Shown here piece after piece: positions 47,422 to 57,271 of a DNA stretch of 64,000 nt. The stretch comes from an uncultured Actinomycetota bacterium (GTDB taxonomy: Bacteria; Actinomycetota; Actinomycetes; Propionibacteriales; Propionibacteriaceae), in the NCBI GenBank assembly GCA_963747505.1, contig CAVVFD010000001.1, positions 1,036,098 to 1,100,097 of the forward strand, written 5' to 3'. The notes under the pieces are model-generated. The model was not told the DNA's origin, ran no database searches, and saw only the letters and a list, made by a program, of their open reading frames with translations. The translations under genes and the position numbers were made by a program. Each line of letters starts with the position of its first letter. Positions within the stretch are counted from its first letter, which is position 1.

Positions 47422-47985
47422 TCAGTTCAGCTCGGGTGTCTCAGTCCATGTGGACCAGCGGCCCGGTGCGCCACCGACTCGGCGAAGGGTCCGTCGCCAA
47501 AGGTTCTCCGGTGTGCCGAAGACCTCCTCTGCCCGGGGGGAGGCCCGGAACCATGACCCGCGGATCAGTTCACCCTCCAGTTGGCCCGCGTCCCATCCCG
47601 AGAGTCCCACGAAGATCCGCAGGTGCGAGAAGCCTCCTGCCACCAGTTCAACAGGGGTCTCCAGATCGAGAATTCCCACATCGTCGAAGAGTCTCTTCCA
47701 CCCCGGAGGTTCCTCCGAGGGGTTGGCCACCTGGGCCAGACAGACTGCGGCCTGCTGCGAGACTGGTCCCCCCTCGAAAAGCGTCTTGGGCGGTGTGAGC
47801 ATGTCCTGGAAGTGTTCCAGGACGTCCACCATTCCCAACTCACTGACCTTGTGGAGGCTCACTCCCAGCGAACCATTCTCATTGTGGTCGAGGAGGAGGA
47901 TGACGCTGCGATCAAAGTAGCCGCCGCGTCCGGGCTCCGTCGCCACGAGTATCTGACCTGCCGCTGGCGGATGACCCTCATGCAT
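47422..47985 (-). CDS. YqgE/AlgH family protein (UPF0301)
   Basis: GQILVATEPGRGGYFDRSVILLLDHNENGSLGVSLHK...FEGGPV...FVGLSGWDAGQLEGE. Confidence 0.8.
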   Translation of the reverse strand: MHEGHPPAAGQILVATEPGRGGYFDRSVILLLDHNENGSLGVSLHKVSELGMVDVLEHFQDMLTPPKTLFEGGPVSQQAAVCLAQVANPSEEPPGWKRLFDDVGILDLETPVELVAGGFSHLRIFVGLSGWDAGQLEGELIRGSWFRASPRAEEVFGTPENLWRRTLRRVGGAPGRWSTWTETPELN

Positions 47986-48021
47986 GACCTCATTCTGTCA
48001 CGCGCGCCGGACACGTCCGGG

Positions 48022-48055
48022 AAGCACAACAGCCGGACCCCGAAGGATCCGGCTG
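48022..48055 (-). terminator. Terminator after tmRNA
   Basis: Minus strand: CAGCCGGA-tccttcgggg-TCCGGCTG (8-bp stem), followed by TTGTGCTT. Confidence 0.6.
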
Positions 48056-48099
48056 CAGTTGACGTATCCGCGGCTGATACGCGGCTCGTCATCGTCAGG

Positions 48100-48466
48100 G
48101 GTGGAGGTGGCGGGAATCGAACCCGCGTCCTCAAGAGGCGAACCAGATCTTCTCCGGGCGCAGCCGACTAGTCGTTCTACTTGGCTCCTGCACTCACGTC
48201 GGCATGTCGCAGACGAGCCCAGCCCCAGTGAAGTCCCGAATGATCCCTGGAACACAGATCATGCGGCAAGCCTTCTGAATTAGGCCAGGAACTGAACGGA
48301 AGGCGCGTTCAGACTGACCCTTCGATCACTGATCAGGCAGCGAGAGCGAAGTTAGTGCGGTTGTTGTTGGCACTTATTGTTTTCCACGCGTCGTTTACGA
48401 GATGAGCATGGGTCCTCGGCCCGCTTCTCCTGGAACTACCGTCCCAAGTCGAAACCAGTCACCCCC
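48100..48466 (-). ncRNA. ssrA: tmRNA (SsrA)
   Basis: The minus strand starts GGGGGTGACTGGTTTCGAC and ends GGTTCGATTCCCGCCACCTCCACC. The acceptor stem carries a G3:U pair. The tag ORF is GCC AAC AAC AAC CGC ACT AAC TTC GCT CTC GCT GCC TGA (48333-48371), giving ANNNRTNFALAA. Confidence 0.9.
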
Positions 48467-48520
48467 TGTTGAGTTGTACACCAACAGCTTACCAGCACCG
48501 CGCCGGTCCGCGGAAACGAC

Positions 48521-49117
48521 TCAGCGCCCAATCTGACGGGGCTCCCGCGGCGGTTTGAAGGGCATCAACCGCTCGATGCCTGCAGTGCTGTTCTGACCCT
48601 GGAAGGCGCGAATTGCAAGCACCGTGGTGGTGATCAGCCACCCGATGCTCCCCAGGAAGAACAGCGGCCCTCCGATGTCGAGCACTGCCATCACCAGACC
48701 GAGGACCAGTGCCGTCGTGATCGCCGTGAGCTGGAAGCTGAGGGCACGGCCTGCCTCCAACCACAGACGTGAACCGGGGCGAGCCAGGGCTTTGACGATC
48801 ACCGGCCCGAGGAAGAACGGGAAGATGTAACCGCTCAGGTGCGTCAGACCTGCCCCCACGTTCTGGGCACCGTCGACGACGGGCGGTTGCGCCACCGGAG
48901 CAGTTGCCCTCTGATGCGACGGGTCGACCACCCTCGCGAGGCCACGCAGAGAGGAGTTCAACTCAACCCGGGTGGAGGCTGTCAGCGCCGTCGCCAAGCG
49001 TCCCTCAAAATTCTCGCTGTCAATGACACCGGATGCGAAAGCCTGTTGGAGGTAGTCGACGGCACGCTCGCGCTGCACTTCGGTGACGTGGTTGCCCTGA
49101 ACGGGATATGAGCTCAT
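48521..49117 (-). CDS. DUF1707 + DUF4870 membrane protein
   Basis: VTEVQRERAVDYLQQAFASGVIDSENFEGRLATAL (DUF1707), then TM helices LTHLSGYIFPFFLGPVIV...ALSFQLT. Start re-set to ATG 49117. Confidence 0.65.
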   Translation of the reverse strand: MSSYPVQGNHVTEVQRERAVDYLQQAFASGVIDSENFEGRLATALTASTRVELNSSLRGLARVVDPSHQRATAPVAQPPVVDGAQNVGAGLTHLSGYIFPFFLGPVIVKALARPGSRLWLEAGRALSFQLTAITTALVLGLVMAVLDIGGPLFFLGSIGWLITTTVLAIRAFQGQNSTAGIERLMPFKPPREPRQIGR

Positions 49118-49217
49118 GGATCCATTGTGCCGCCGGACGACCACCGGCAACACTGGGGGTTTCCCTGATTCTCCCCTCGGTCCACCATGGCTCCGGGTCG
49201 GAGTCACGGGACAGGGA

Positions 49218-49697
49218 TCAACGACGGCGATGCTTGTTGCGGGTGGCCAGCGCCCGCTGTGCCTCACGGTTGGCATCACGCTCGGCGATGCTCTGGCGCT
49301 TGTCCCAATCCTTCTTGCCCGTCGCGACCGCGATCTCCACCTTGGCGTAGCCGTCCGAGAAGTACAGGGACAGCGGGACCAGGGTTCTGCTCGAGCCCGT
49401 GAGCGACTTCTCGATGTTGGCGATCTCACGCCGGTTGAGCAGCAGCTTCCGGGTCCGCTTGGCGGAGTGGTTGAACATGGTCCCGAACTTGTACTCGGGG
49501 ATGTTGACGTTGCGCAGCCAGACCTCGCCATCGTCAACGGTGGCAAACGCCTCGGACAGGGTTGCACGCCCTGCGCGCAGACTCTTGACCTCCGTTCCCG
49601 AGAGGACCATCCCGGCCTCGTACACATCACCGATGTGGAAGTCGTGGCGCGCCTTTCTGTTCTGTGCGACGAGCTTGCGTCCGGACTCCCTGGGCAT
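49218..49697 (-). CDS. smpB: SsrA-binding protein SmpB
   Basis: [32 protein letters not shown]...[12 protein letters not shown]. Confidence 0.93.
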   Translation of the reverse strand: MPRESGRKLVAQNRKARHDFHIGDVYEAGMVLSGTEVKSLRAGRATLSEAFATVDDGEVWLRNVNIPEYKFGTMFNHSAKRTRKLLLNRREIANIEKSLTGSSRTLVPLSLYFSDGYAKVEIAVATGKKDWDKRQSIAERDANREAQRALATRNKHRRR

Positions 49698-49722
49698 CAG
49701 CCCATGATGCCACGGTTTGTGC

Positions 49723-51159
49723 TCAGCGGAACCACCGCGCCATGGGGTTCACCATGCGGCCGTTCTCCCACACCATGAGGTGGAGATGGCACCCGGTGGA
49801 GTAACCGGTGGTGCCGACGTACCCAACGACTTCGCCCTTGGACACCTTCTGTCCGACACGCACGGTGTAGCGGATGGCGTGGTTGTAGCCGGTGGTCACG
49901 TACTTGCCGTTCACCTTGCCGTGATCAATCATCAACCGGTTGCCGTAGCCGGTGTTGTAGTAGCGCTCCGCCACCCGGCCGTCGGCAGCAGCCCTGAGGG
50001 GGGTGCCGCATCCTGCCGCGAAATCTGTTCCGTCATGCAGTTTGCGATACCCGAGGACGGGGTGGAGACGCATTCCGTAGGCAGAGCTCAGCCTGCCAGC
50101 GACTGGTCGCTGGAAACCGGACGAGGTCGATGCCGCCGGCTTGCTCTGCGCCTGAGGCTCGGCGGCCGGAGCCTGGGGTTTGCTGACTGAGGAGCTCTGC
50201 TTGGCCGCGTCCGCTGCCGCACGGGCGTCTGCAGCCTTCTTGGCAGCTGCATCCTCCGCCCGCTTGGCTGCTGCTGCTTCTTCCTCGGCCTTCTGGGCCG
50301 CGACCCGTGCTGCGATTCTCTTGTCAACCTCTGCCGACTCTGCTTCGAGCTCGGCCTGTCGGTTCTGCTCCAGGACAAGTTGGCGTGTCGCCTCATCAGC
50401 GGCGGCATCGTGCGCCGCCACCTTCTGCGCGACATCGTCGCGCAGGGCGTCCGCCGTGGCCTCCTTCGCCAGTGAATCCTCCAACTGTGCGGCCGCGGCC
50501 TCCCGGGCAGCGACGGCGACGCCACGCGCCTCATCGGCCCTCACCTTTGCAGCGTCGAGGGCGAACTGCCGTTCCATCAGGTCGTCCAGCTCCATCGCGC
50601 TGGAGTCGAACAACGTGGTGGACAGCTGCGCGCGCTGGTTGAGTTCCGCTGCCGTGACGTCGGTGACCAGCAGGGCGAGATTGACGAGTGGCCCGTGCTG
50701 TTGGGTGATGACGACGATCTCTTCATTCGTCCGTGCTTCGACCCAGTCGTAGGCGGCCTGAGCGGCGGCAACGTCCGCCTCGGACTGCTCCAAGGCGAAT
50801 TCAGCGGCGGCGAGCTCATCGGCGCGCTGTGCGTCGAGCGATTCGGCCTCGATTCGCGCTGCCTCGGCAACCTCCAGAGCAGCCTCGGCAGCACCCAACT
50901 CGTTCCACGCCGCATCCAGGGCCGCGTTGGCAGACGTCAATTCTCCCGAAGCGTGGGTCACCGCGTCGGCCTGCTCGGCTATGCGGGTGTTCAAGTCCGA
51001 GCGGCGGTCGTCCAACTCGTCCGCCTGCACCGGTACGGCGGATCCGAACAGGACCGCGATTCCGACTACCGAAGCAGCGATGCCTCGCAGCATCCGCGAG
51101 GTGCGTCTACTCTCCGACAGAGTGGGAAGTTCCGGATTCACCTGAATCTCCTTGAGCAT
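49723..51159 (-). CDS. Secreted coiled-coil M23 metallopeptidase (EnvC-like architecture, catalytic motifs intact)
   Basis: Signal peptide, then about 300 aa of Ala/Glu/Asp-rich coiled coil. The M23 domain has [22 protein letters not shown] and GCHLHLMV. It lies 6 nt downstream of ftsX; the alternative start is ATG 51093. Confidence 0.85.
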   Translation of the reverse strand: MLKEIQVNPELPTLSESRRTSRMLRGIAASVVGIAVLFGSAVPVQADELDDRRSDLNTRIAEQADAVTHASGELTSANAALDAAWNELGAAEAALEVAEAARIEAESLDAQRADELAAAEFALEQSEADVAAAQAAYDWVEARTNEEIVVITQQHGPLVNLALLVTDVTAAELNQRAQLSTTLFDSSAMELDDLMERQFALDAAKVRADEARGVAVAAREAAAAQLEDSLAKEATADALRDDVAQKVAAHDAAADEATRQLVLEQNRQAELEAESAEVDKRIAARVAAQKAEEEAAAAKRAEDAAAKKAADARAAADAAKQSSSVSKPQAPAAEPQAQSKPAASTSSGFQRPVAGRLSSAYGMRLHPVLGYRKLHDGTDFAAGCGTPLRAAADGRVAERYYNTGYGNRLMIDHGKVNGKYVTTGYNHAIRYTVRVGQKVSKGEVVGYVGTTGYSTGCHLHLMVWENGRMVNPMARWFR

Positions 51160-51165
51160 CTCTTA

Positions 51166-52068
51166 TCAGATGCGTAGGTACTTTCTCGTTGCCAACAGCG
51201 TAGGGACTATCGCCAGTGTAAGTCCCACAACTACCATGGCAAGGATGGCACCTGCCACGTGGGACCAGTCAATCCAGGGTAAAGTACGGATTGAGGTCTT
51301 GGCGTTGCGTTCGATGAGGAACAGGTACCCGGTTGCCAGGCCCGCACTCGATACGATCACCCCGATCAAGCCTGCGACAAGGCTCTCGAGTAGGAACGGG
51401 AGCAGGATGTACACGTTGGAAGCACCCACCAGACGCATGATGCCGATCTCCCGCCTGCGGGTGAAGGCAGCCATCCGGATCGTGTTGGCGATCTGGAGTC
51501 CAGCTGCCAGCAACAGGAGCACGCTCATGCCGATGGTGGCCCATTGCAGGCCGTTCAACCACTTGAAGAGCGGCTCGAAAATTGACTGCAGATCCTGAAC
51601 ATTCTGAACACCTTGTAGCCCTGTCGCCTCACTGACGACACCCTGATAGTTCTCAGGATTCACGAGCTTGACGCGGAACGAATCCTGCATCTGCTCGGCG
51701 GTTCGGGTGCCAACGATGGGCGACTCCTTGAAAACGCGCCGGAATTCGTCATAGGCCGCCTCCTTGGACTCGTAGAACACCTCAGCCACCTCGGGGTTGC
51801 CCTCCAGCGCCGTCCGGATGGTCTCACGCTGGGCCTCCGTGGTGCCCTTGCCCTCCTCGCACATCCCACCGGTGGTGGTCTCGATGCACAGGAACACGGA
51901 GATCTCAATCTTGTCGTACCAGCGCCCCTTGACCAGGTCCACCTCCATGGAGGTCAGCAGACCCAGGCCGAAGAGCGACAGCGACACCCCCATCGTGACG
52001 ATGACGGCAATGGTCATGGCGAGATTGCGCCTCAGGCCGGACCATGTCTCTCGGAGTGTGTGCCTCAT
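51166..52068 (-). CDS. ftsX: Cell division permease-like protein FtsX
   Basis: [19 protein letters not shown], a large extracellular loop, and three C-terminal TM helices. It overlaps ftsE by 4 nt. Confidence 0.9.
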   Translation of the reverse strand: MRHTLRETWSGLRRNLAMTIAVIVTMGVSLSLFGLGLLTSMEVDLVKGRWYDKIEISVFLCIETTTGGMCEEGKGTTEAQRETIRTALEGNPEVAEVFYESKEAAYDEFRRVFKESPIVGTRTAEQMQDSFRVKLVNPENYQGVVSEATGLQGVQNVQDLQSIFEPLFKWLNGLQWATIGMSVLLLLAAGLQIANTIRMAAFTRRREIGIMRLVGASNVYILLPFLLESLVAGLIGVIVSSAGLATGYLFLIERNAKTSIRTLPWIDWSHVAGAILAMVVVGLTLAIVPTLLATRKYLRI

Positions 52069-52748
52069 GCCCCGTAGACCCCCTTGGACTGGTCGCGGAC
52101 CAGTTCCCCATCCCGCAGCTCCAGCACCCGTCGTCGCATCTGGTCGACGATGGACGAGTCATGGGTGGCCATGATGACGGTGGTGTCCGTTCGGTTGATG
52201 CGGTCAAGCAGCTTCATGATGCCGACGGACGTCTCCGGATCGAGGTTCCCGGTGGGTTCGTCCGCTATGAGGATCTGGGGACGGTTGACGAAGGCGCGGG
52301 CAATCGCCACGCGCTGTTGCTCACCACCCGAGAGTTCCTCGTTGAGACGGCCCTCCTTGCCCGTGAGTCCCACCGTGTCCAGGGTCTCAGGGACAATTGC
52401 ACGGATCTCCTTCGTGGACTTCCCAATCACCTGGAGCGCGAACGCCACGTTCTCGTAGACGGTCTTGCCCGGAAGCAGACGGAAATCCTGGAACACTGTG
52501 CCGATCTGTCGACGCAGCGCGGGTACCTTCCACTGGTTGAGAGTGCCGAGATTCTTCCCCGCAACGTAGAGGGTGCCCTTCGTTGGACGGTACTCACGAA
52601 GAATCAACCGCAGGAACGTGGACTTGCCGGATCCCGACTGGCCGACGAGGAAGACAAACTCACCCCGATCGATCTCCAGGTTGATGTTGCGCAGTGCTGG
52701 CCGGGACTGCCCCGGATAGAACTTCGTGACATCTTCAAACATGATCAC
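52065..52748 (-). CDS. ftsE: Cell division ATP-binding protein FtsE
   Basis: Walker [10 protein letters not shown], signature LSGGEQQRV, Walker [13 protein letters not shown]. Confidence 0.93.
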   Translation of the reverse strand: MIMFEDVTKFYPGQSRPALRNINLEIDRGEFVFLVGQSGSGKSTFLRLILREYRPTKGTLYVAGKNLGTLNQWKVPALRRQIGTVFQDFRLLPGKTVYENVAFALQVIGKSTKEIRAIVPETLDTVGLTGKEGRLNEELSGGEQQRVAIARAFVNRPQILIADEPTGNLDPETSVGIMKLLDRINRTDTTVIMATHDSSIVDQMRRRVLELRDGELVRDQSKGVYGA

Positions 52749-52880
52749 AGGGATTGACTCCGGAGTTGATGGGGGCGGGCTTCCTGAGAGATTCTCAACG
52801 AACGGTGCGAGTCTAGGCCATGATGTTGCGGGGTTCCCCAGCGGGACACGCCGAGGTGCCCGACGTCAGCCTTCCACCAC

Positions 52881-53999
52881 TCACTCCTGCTCGCTCATCT
52901 GCGTCTGCTTGCGCCAGCGGATGCCGGCATCGATGAAGCCGTCGATCTCGCCGTCGAAAACGGCCTCAGGGTTGCCCACTTCATGTTCGGTGCGCAGATC
53001 CTTGACCATCTGGTACGGGTTCATGACGTAGGACCGCATCTGGGCTCCCCAGGAGCCGCTACCGTCACTCTTGAGCGCGTTCATCTCCTTCTCGCGCTCG
53101 ATGCGGGCATGTTCCAGGAGTCGTGACTGGAGGACGCGCAGCGCGGCGGCCTTGTTCTGGAGTTGCGATTTCTCGTTCTGACAGCTCACGACGATGCCGG
53201 TGGGCAGGTGGGTGATCCGCACCGCGGAGTCGGTGGTGTTGACCGACTGCCCACCCGGTCCCGACGACCGGTAGACGTCCACCCGGATGTCACCCTCGGG
53301 GACGTCGATGCTGTCCGCCTCCTCGGTCACCGGAAGTACCTCAACACCTGCGAAGGAAGTCTGGCGGCGGCCCTGGTTGTCGAAGGGGGAGATCCGCACC
53401 AGGCGGTGGGTGCCCTGCTCGACGGACAACGTGCCGTACGCAAACGGCGCCTTGATCGAGAAGGTGGCGGATTTCAGCCCCGCTTCCTCCGCGTAGGAGG
53501 TGTCGAACACCTCCACGGCGTAGCTGTGCCGCTCAGCCCACCGCATGTACATGCGCATCAGCTTCTCGGCGAAATCCGCGGCGTCCACGCCCCCAGCCTC
53601 GGCACGAATTGTCAGGAGCGCGTCACGCGGATCGTACTCACCGGACAGGAGCGTGCGCACCTCAAGGGTTTCGATGTCCTTGGACAGCTTCTTCAGGTCA
53701 CGCTCCACCTCGGCGCGGGTGTCAGCATCACCCTCCTCATCGGCCATCTGCAACATCATTGCGGCATCATCGAGACGACCCCGCAGGTCATCCAGGCGAT
53801 CCACTTCCGACTGCTTGGCCGACAGTGCGGACGTCACGCGTTGCGCATTGTCCTGGTCGTCCCACAGATCCGGCGCACCCACTTCTTCTGCAAGCTGAGC
53901 GATACCCTCCCGCAATGCAGGGAGGTCAGCCACTGCCTCAATGGAAGCCAGGGACTTGTCGAGGTCAGTGAGGGTCTGGGAAAGATCTACGGTTGCCAC
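52881..53999 (-). CDS. prfB: Peptide chain release factor 2
   Basis: SPF motif (RISPFDNQ) and GGQ motif (SGPGGQSVN). It is an uninterrupted frame from GTG 53999, with no +1 frameshift site. The track ORF is 5'-extended to 54290. Confidence 0.9.
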   Translation of the reverse strand: MATVDLSQTLTDLDKSLASIEAVADLPALREGIAQLAEEVGAPDLWDDQDNAQRVTSALSAKQSEVDRLDDLRGRLDDAAMMLQMADEEGDADTRAEVERDLKKLSKDIETLEVRTLLSGEYDPRDALLTIRAEAGGVDAADFAEKLMRMYMRWAERHSYAVEVFDTSYAEEAGLKSATFSIKAPFAYGTLSVEQGTHRLVRISPFDNQGRRQTSFAGVEVLPVTEEADSIDVPEGDIRVDVYRSSGPGGQSVNTTDSAVRITHLPTGIVVSCQNEKSQLQNKAAALRVLQSRLLEHARIEREKEMNALKSDGSGSWGAQMRSYVMNPYQMVKDLRTEHEVGNPEAVFDGEIDGFIDAGIRWRKQTQMSEQE

Positions 54000-54105
54000 G
54001 GTTGGACACTCTACCCCGATCACGTCCTGACTCCCGGTGGTGCCGAGGGCACTCCCGGCAGTGGGACAATGGCGATGCCACCGACGATCGGAAATGGGAA
54101 GAAAC

Positions 54106-54573
54106 ATGGGATCCACGAAGCAGCAACTCAAGACCGATCTCGCCGACGCCCTGCGCGCCCGTGACGAGTTCGCCAAGAGCAACATTCGCATGCTGATGGC
54201 CGCAATCGGCAACGAGGAGGTGGCTGGTGACGCCCCACGCGAACTGAGCGACGACGAGGAACTCAAGGTGGTTGCCAGGGAGCAGCGCAAACGCAGGGAC
54301 TCGGCGGCAACCTATGCCGATGCGGGACGCGCCGATCTGGCCGACAAGGAGGCCGCCGAAGCCGAGTACATGGCTCGCTACCTTCCAGCCCCTCTCACCG
54401 GGGACGAGCTGGAGCGACTGGTGACCGAAGAGGTGGCGGCGCTGGAGGCCGAGGGCGAGACACCGTCGATGAAGCACATGGGGTCGTTGGTCAAGGCTGT
54501 CAACGCTCGGGCCGCAGGCCGGGCCGAGGGCAAGGTCGTTGCCGCCCTGGTGCGTGCCTCCCTGACGTCCTGA
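54106..54573 (+). CDS. GatB/YqeY domain protein
   Basis: [32 protein letters not shown]...[34 protein letters not shown]; start at ATG 54106. Confidence 0.8.
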   Translation: MGSTKQQLKTDLADALRARDEFAKSNIRMLMAAIGNEEVAGDAPRELSDDEELKVVAREQRKRRDSAATYADAGRADLADKEAAEAEYMARYLPAPLTGDELERLVTEEVAALEAEGETPSMKHMGSLVKAVNARAAGRAEGKVVAALVRASLTS

Positions 54574-54749
54574 GCGATGCCTCGCTCCCGGCGCCCGGAT
54601 ACACCTGGGGCGGATGGGCGGGTCGGCTGGCGTCCGGATGGGTCACGGGCCTATGGTGAGCTTGTTGCGTATCGTCGACAGAAGTGTCGGCGGCCTCGCG
54701 ACACGGGTGTCCCCCCACATCCGTGCTTCGACATCTGGAGTTAGTCAAC

Positions 54750-55544
54750 GTGCGTCGTCATCCACGTCATCTCACACGCCTCATCGCAACGCTTGCCCTG
54801 AGCCTCGGGCTGCTGGCAACCGGAGTGCAGACCTCATCCGCGCTGGACGTGTACACCACCCCGGGAAAGCATCAGGTCAACGGCCGGACGTGGAACACCA
54901 CCTGTGAGAAGTACTCCTCGGTGGTCGACAGGTGCACCACGACCATCATGGCCACCACGGTCAACTACAACCGGACGAGCGGCACCTTCACCGAGGTGAA
55001 GGGCTGGGTCTTCAACAACCTCACGTACAAGAAGAGTGCCCGCTCGGCGTGGGCGGCGTTCAACCCACTGGTGACCCCGGGCGAACACACGATCAACGGC
55101 CGCAAGTGGAAGACCGAGTGCGACACGGCATGGACCGGTTCGAACGGTTGCCGCTCCCAGATCTGGGCCACGGTCCCGGAGAAGAAGGATGGCCGCTACC
55201 AGAACGTCAATAAGTGGGTCTTCAACAACATCGTGCACGTGACACCCATCGTCTGCCCAGTGCCCCAATCACAGATCCGGGCCATGACGGGACAACCGTC
55301 GATCGTGACCTCAGCCTGCACGGTGTCGGAGAAAAACCCCATGTGGCTCGCCGCTGACTACGTGGTCTCCAACCCCTCCGGCAAGCTGTACAGGGAAACG
55401 GCTTTCTTCTACAAGCGTTCTGCCGGTTGGGGCCTGGAGTTCAAGAGCAACGAGGGCCTCACCAGTGTCTGTGCCGAGGTCTACAGAGCATCCGGCGCTC
55501 CGCTGGACCTCGCAGACCCGATCAGTTACTGCTTCAGTGGCTGA
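54750..55544 (+). CDS. Secreted protein with two Cys-containing ~55-aa repeats, function unknown
   Basis: Signal peptide RRHPRHLTRLIATLALSLGLLATGVQTSSA. The repeats are TPGKHQVNGRTWNTTCEKY...CTTTI...KGWVFNNLTY and TPGEHTINGRKWKTECDTA...CRSQI...NKWVFNNIVH. GTG 54750 lies 9 nt after GGAG. Confidence 0.6.
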   Translation: MRRHPRHLTRLIATLALSLGLLATGVQTSSALDVYTTPGKHQVNGRTWNTTCEKYSSVVDRCTTTIMATTVNYNRTSGTFTEVKGWVFNNLTYKKSARSAWAAFNPLVTPGEHTINGRKWKTECDTAWTGSNGCRSQIWATVPEKKDGRYQNVNKWVFNNIVHVTPIVCPVPQSQIRAMTGQPSIVTSACTVSEKNPMWLAADYVVSNPSGKLYRETAFFYKRSAGWGLEFKSNEGLTSVCAEVYRASGAPLDLADPISYCFSG

Positions 55545-55617
55545 ACCCGCCACGTGAGTTCGCCGCAGGGCGCTCTGTCCTGCCACAATGGCATCTTCAC
55601 GTTGATGGTGCAGATCC

Positions 55618-55691
55618 GGGCGCATGGCTCAGTTGGTTAGAGCACCTCCCTTACAAGGAGGGGGTCGGGGGTTCGAGTCCCTCTGCGCCCA
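55618..55691 (+). tRNA. tRNA-Val (anticodon TAC)
   Basis: Manual cloverleaf: acceptor GGGCGCA/TGCGCCC, D-arm GCTC-AGTTGGTTA-GAGC, anticodon arm CCTCC-CTTACAA-GGAGG, T-arm GGGGG-TTCGAGT-CCCTC, discriminator A. CCA is not fully encoded (ACCC). Confidence 0.9.
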
Positions 55692-55963
55692 CCCACATAT
55701 CCTTGCGGGAACGCCCGACATCGTTTGCTGGCGTGTGTTTCCGTTTGGCTCCGCGTGCTTCGGCAGCGATGGTGGCGAAGGGTTCAGCCATTATGGAGGG
55801 AGTTGTGCATGGTCGGTGTTTTCGATGCGCGTGTAGAACGCCTGGTTCACAAGTCTCCGGTTACCGTCATCAGAACGCGCGCACGCACGGTGTGCGTCCG
55901 TGAGGAGCCGTAGGAGTCGTGGAGGCACGCCCGCGCGGATCCGAAGACTTGAAAGAAAGAGCA

Positions 55964-56338
55964 ATGGAGATCAAGCTACCGACCGACTGCGGCAACGCAC
56001 CCCGAATCGGCATTGTGGGAGACTTCGCCGTGGCCTGGGCCAAGGGAGACGAAGAAGCCGTCTCCACATGGCTCACTGACGAGGCGAACTGGACCCTCGT
56101 CGGAGGAGACATCCATAGAGGCCCCGAGGCAGCTGGAAAGGTCAGCCCAGCTTTCAAGCCCGAGCGCGTGGAAATCGTCTCAGTCATCACCCACGGTCGC
56201 CGTGCCTCCTGCGACGGCTATCTGGAGGCCGGGGGGAAACGCATGGACTTTAGCCACACGCTGCGCTTCGCCACCGCCTCGAAGACCGCGAAGATCGCGG
56301 AAATACGAAGCTACTGCATCACCGCACAACGCGACTGA
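55964..56338 (+). CDS. NTF2/SnoaL-like fold protein (tentative)
   Basis: 124 aa from ATG 55964 (MEIKLPTDCGNAPRIGIVGDFAVAWAKGDEEAVSTWLTDEANWTLVG...). GC is lower than in the surrounding genes. Confidence 0.5.
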   Translation: MEIKLPTDCGNAPRIGIVGDFAVAWAKGDEEAVSTWLTDEANWTLVGGDIHRGPEAAGKVSPAFKPERVEIVSVITHGRRASCDGYLEAGGKRMDFSHTLRFATASKTAKIAEIRSYCITAQRD

Positions 56339-56413
56339 CGAGGCGCCGGGCTTTGGCCTGGCTCGCGCCGCGGAAAGTGCCAGGCAACCTGTAGCTCCAG
56401 TGAACGTACAGGT

Positions 56414-57271
56414 TCACAACCCCGTCAGACTGACTCCATATTCGGCCTGTTCAGGCGTAAACCCCTCGAACTCGAGTTGATCAATGAGTCCGCCGCGGGA
56501 GAACGCCGAGAACTCAAGGTACTGCGCGGCGGACTTCGCTGCCTGCTCATTCCAATCAACTGTGACACGGTCCACAGCCCACGTCGCGTCCGCCGTAGAG
56601 AACTCCTCGAATTCGAGTTGGTTGATCAAGCCGGAGCGGGAGAATGCAGAGAAGTCCAAGTACTGCTCGGCGGATCGGAGTGCGTTCTGCTGGGATACCG
56701 TGCCGTTCTTCTCGATGGCTTCAGCCTCCGCTGCGGCCCTGTCAGCCGCCTCCTTCTCGGCGGCCGCTTGGTCGGCGGCCTCCTTCTCTGCCGCAACACG
56801 ATCGGCTTCGACCTTGTCCGCAGCTTCCTGTTCAGCGGCGACGCGATCGGCCTCTGCCTGGTCGGCGGCTGCCTGTTCCTCTGCGGCCCTCTGCTCAGCA
56901 AGTTCCTCGGCGGTAGATTCCGTCACCTCGGGACTTGGAGTCTCAACAGGACTCGCGGCCACGGCGCTCGACTGGACAGGACTGGCCACAGTGTCGTCGT
57001 CGGGTTCGGGCGCGAAGACTGCGATCAACACGAACAGGACGACAACTCCCAACGGGATGACGAATTTCTTCTTCTTGAACCATGGATTCTTCGGTGCTGA
57101 CGGCTGATCGTAGACCGTCCCCTGCTGCCCGTAGACCTCCTGCTGATGCTGCTGATACGGCTCCTGGTGCGCCTGCTGATGGCCGAAATTCTGTGGCTGA
57201 CCGCCAGCCTGGTCGTAGCCATCAGGTCGACCGTAGCGGTTCGATTCGTCGTTGTTGGGTGGCATGGACAT
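56414..57271 (-). CDS. Ltp-family (two Ltp-like HTH repeats) membrane-anchored protein
   Basis: Gln/Pro/Tyr-rich N-terminus, a basic patch KKKKF plus a TM helix, and Ala/Glu repeats. Two C-terminal repeats follow: AEQYLDFSAFSRSGLINQLEFEEFSTADATWAV and AAQYLEFSAFSRGGLIDQLEFEGFTPEQAEYGV. Start at ATG 57271 (MSMPPNN). Confidence 0.75.
   Translation of the reverse strand: MSMPPNNDESNRYGRPDGYDQAGGQPQNFGHQQAHQEPYQQHQQEVYGQQGTVYDQPSAPKNPWFKKKKFVIPLGVVVLFVLIAVFAPEPDDDTVASPVQSSAVAASPVETPSPEVTESTAEELAEQRAAEEQAAADQAEADRVAAEQEAADKVEADRVAAEKEAADQAAAEKEAADRAAAEAEAIEKNGTVSQQNALRSAEQYLDFSAFSRSGLINQLEFEEFSTADATWAVDRVTVDWNEQAAKSAAQYLEFSAFSRGGLIDQLEFEGFTPEQAEYGVSLTGL

Noticed and set aside
54000-54290. 5' extension of prfB, and a possible programmed +1 frameshift site
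   Set aside because: The RF2 sequence reads uninterrupted from GTG 53999, and no CUU UGA-type shift site is present. The extension is antisense to the GatB/YqeY gene region and looks non-coding.
55694-55963. Small ORFs just after tRNA-Val (e.g. 55725..55913, MVGVFDARVERLVHKSPVTVIRTRARTVCVREEP) as a possible integrase or excisionase remnant
   Set aside because: There is no recognisable motif, low GC3, no SD, and no att-like repeat of the tRNA 3' end found by eye.
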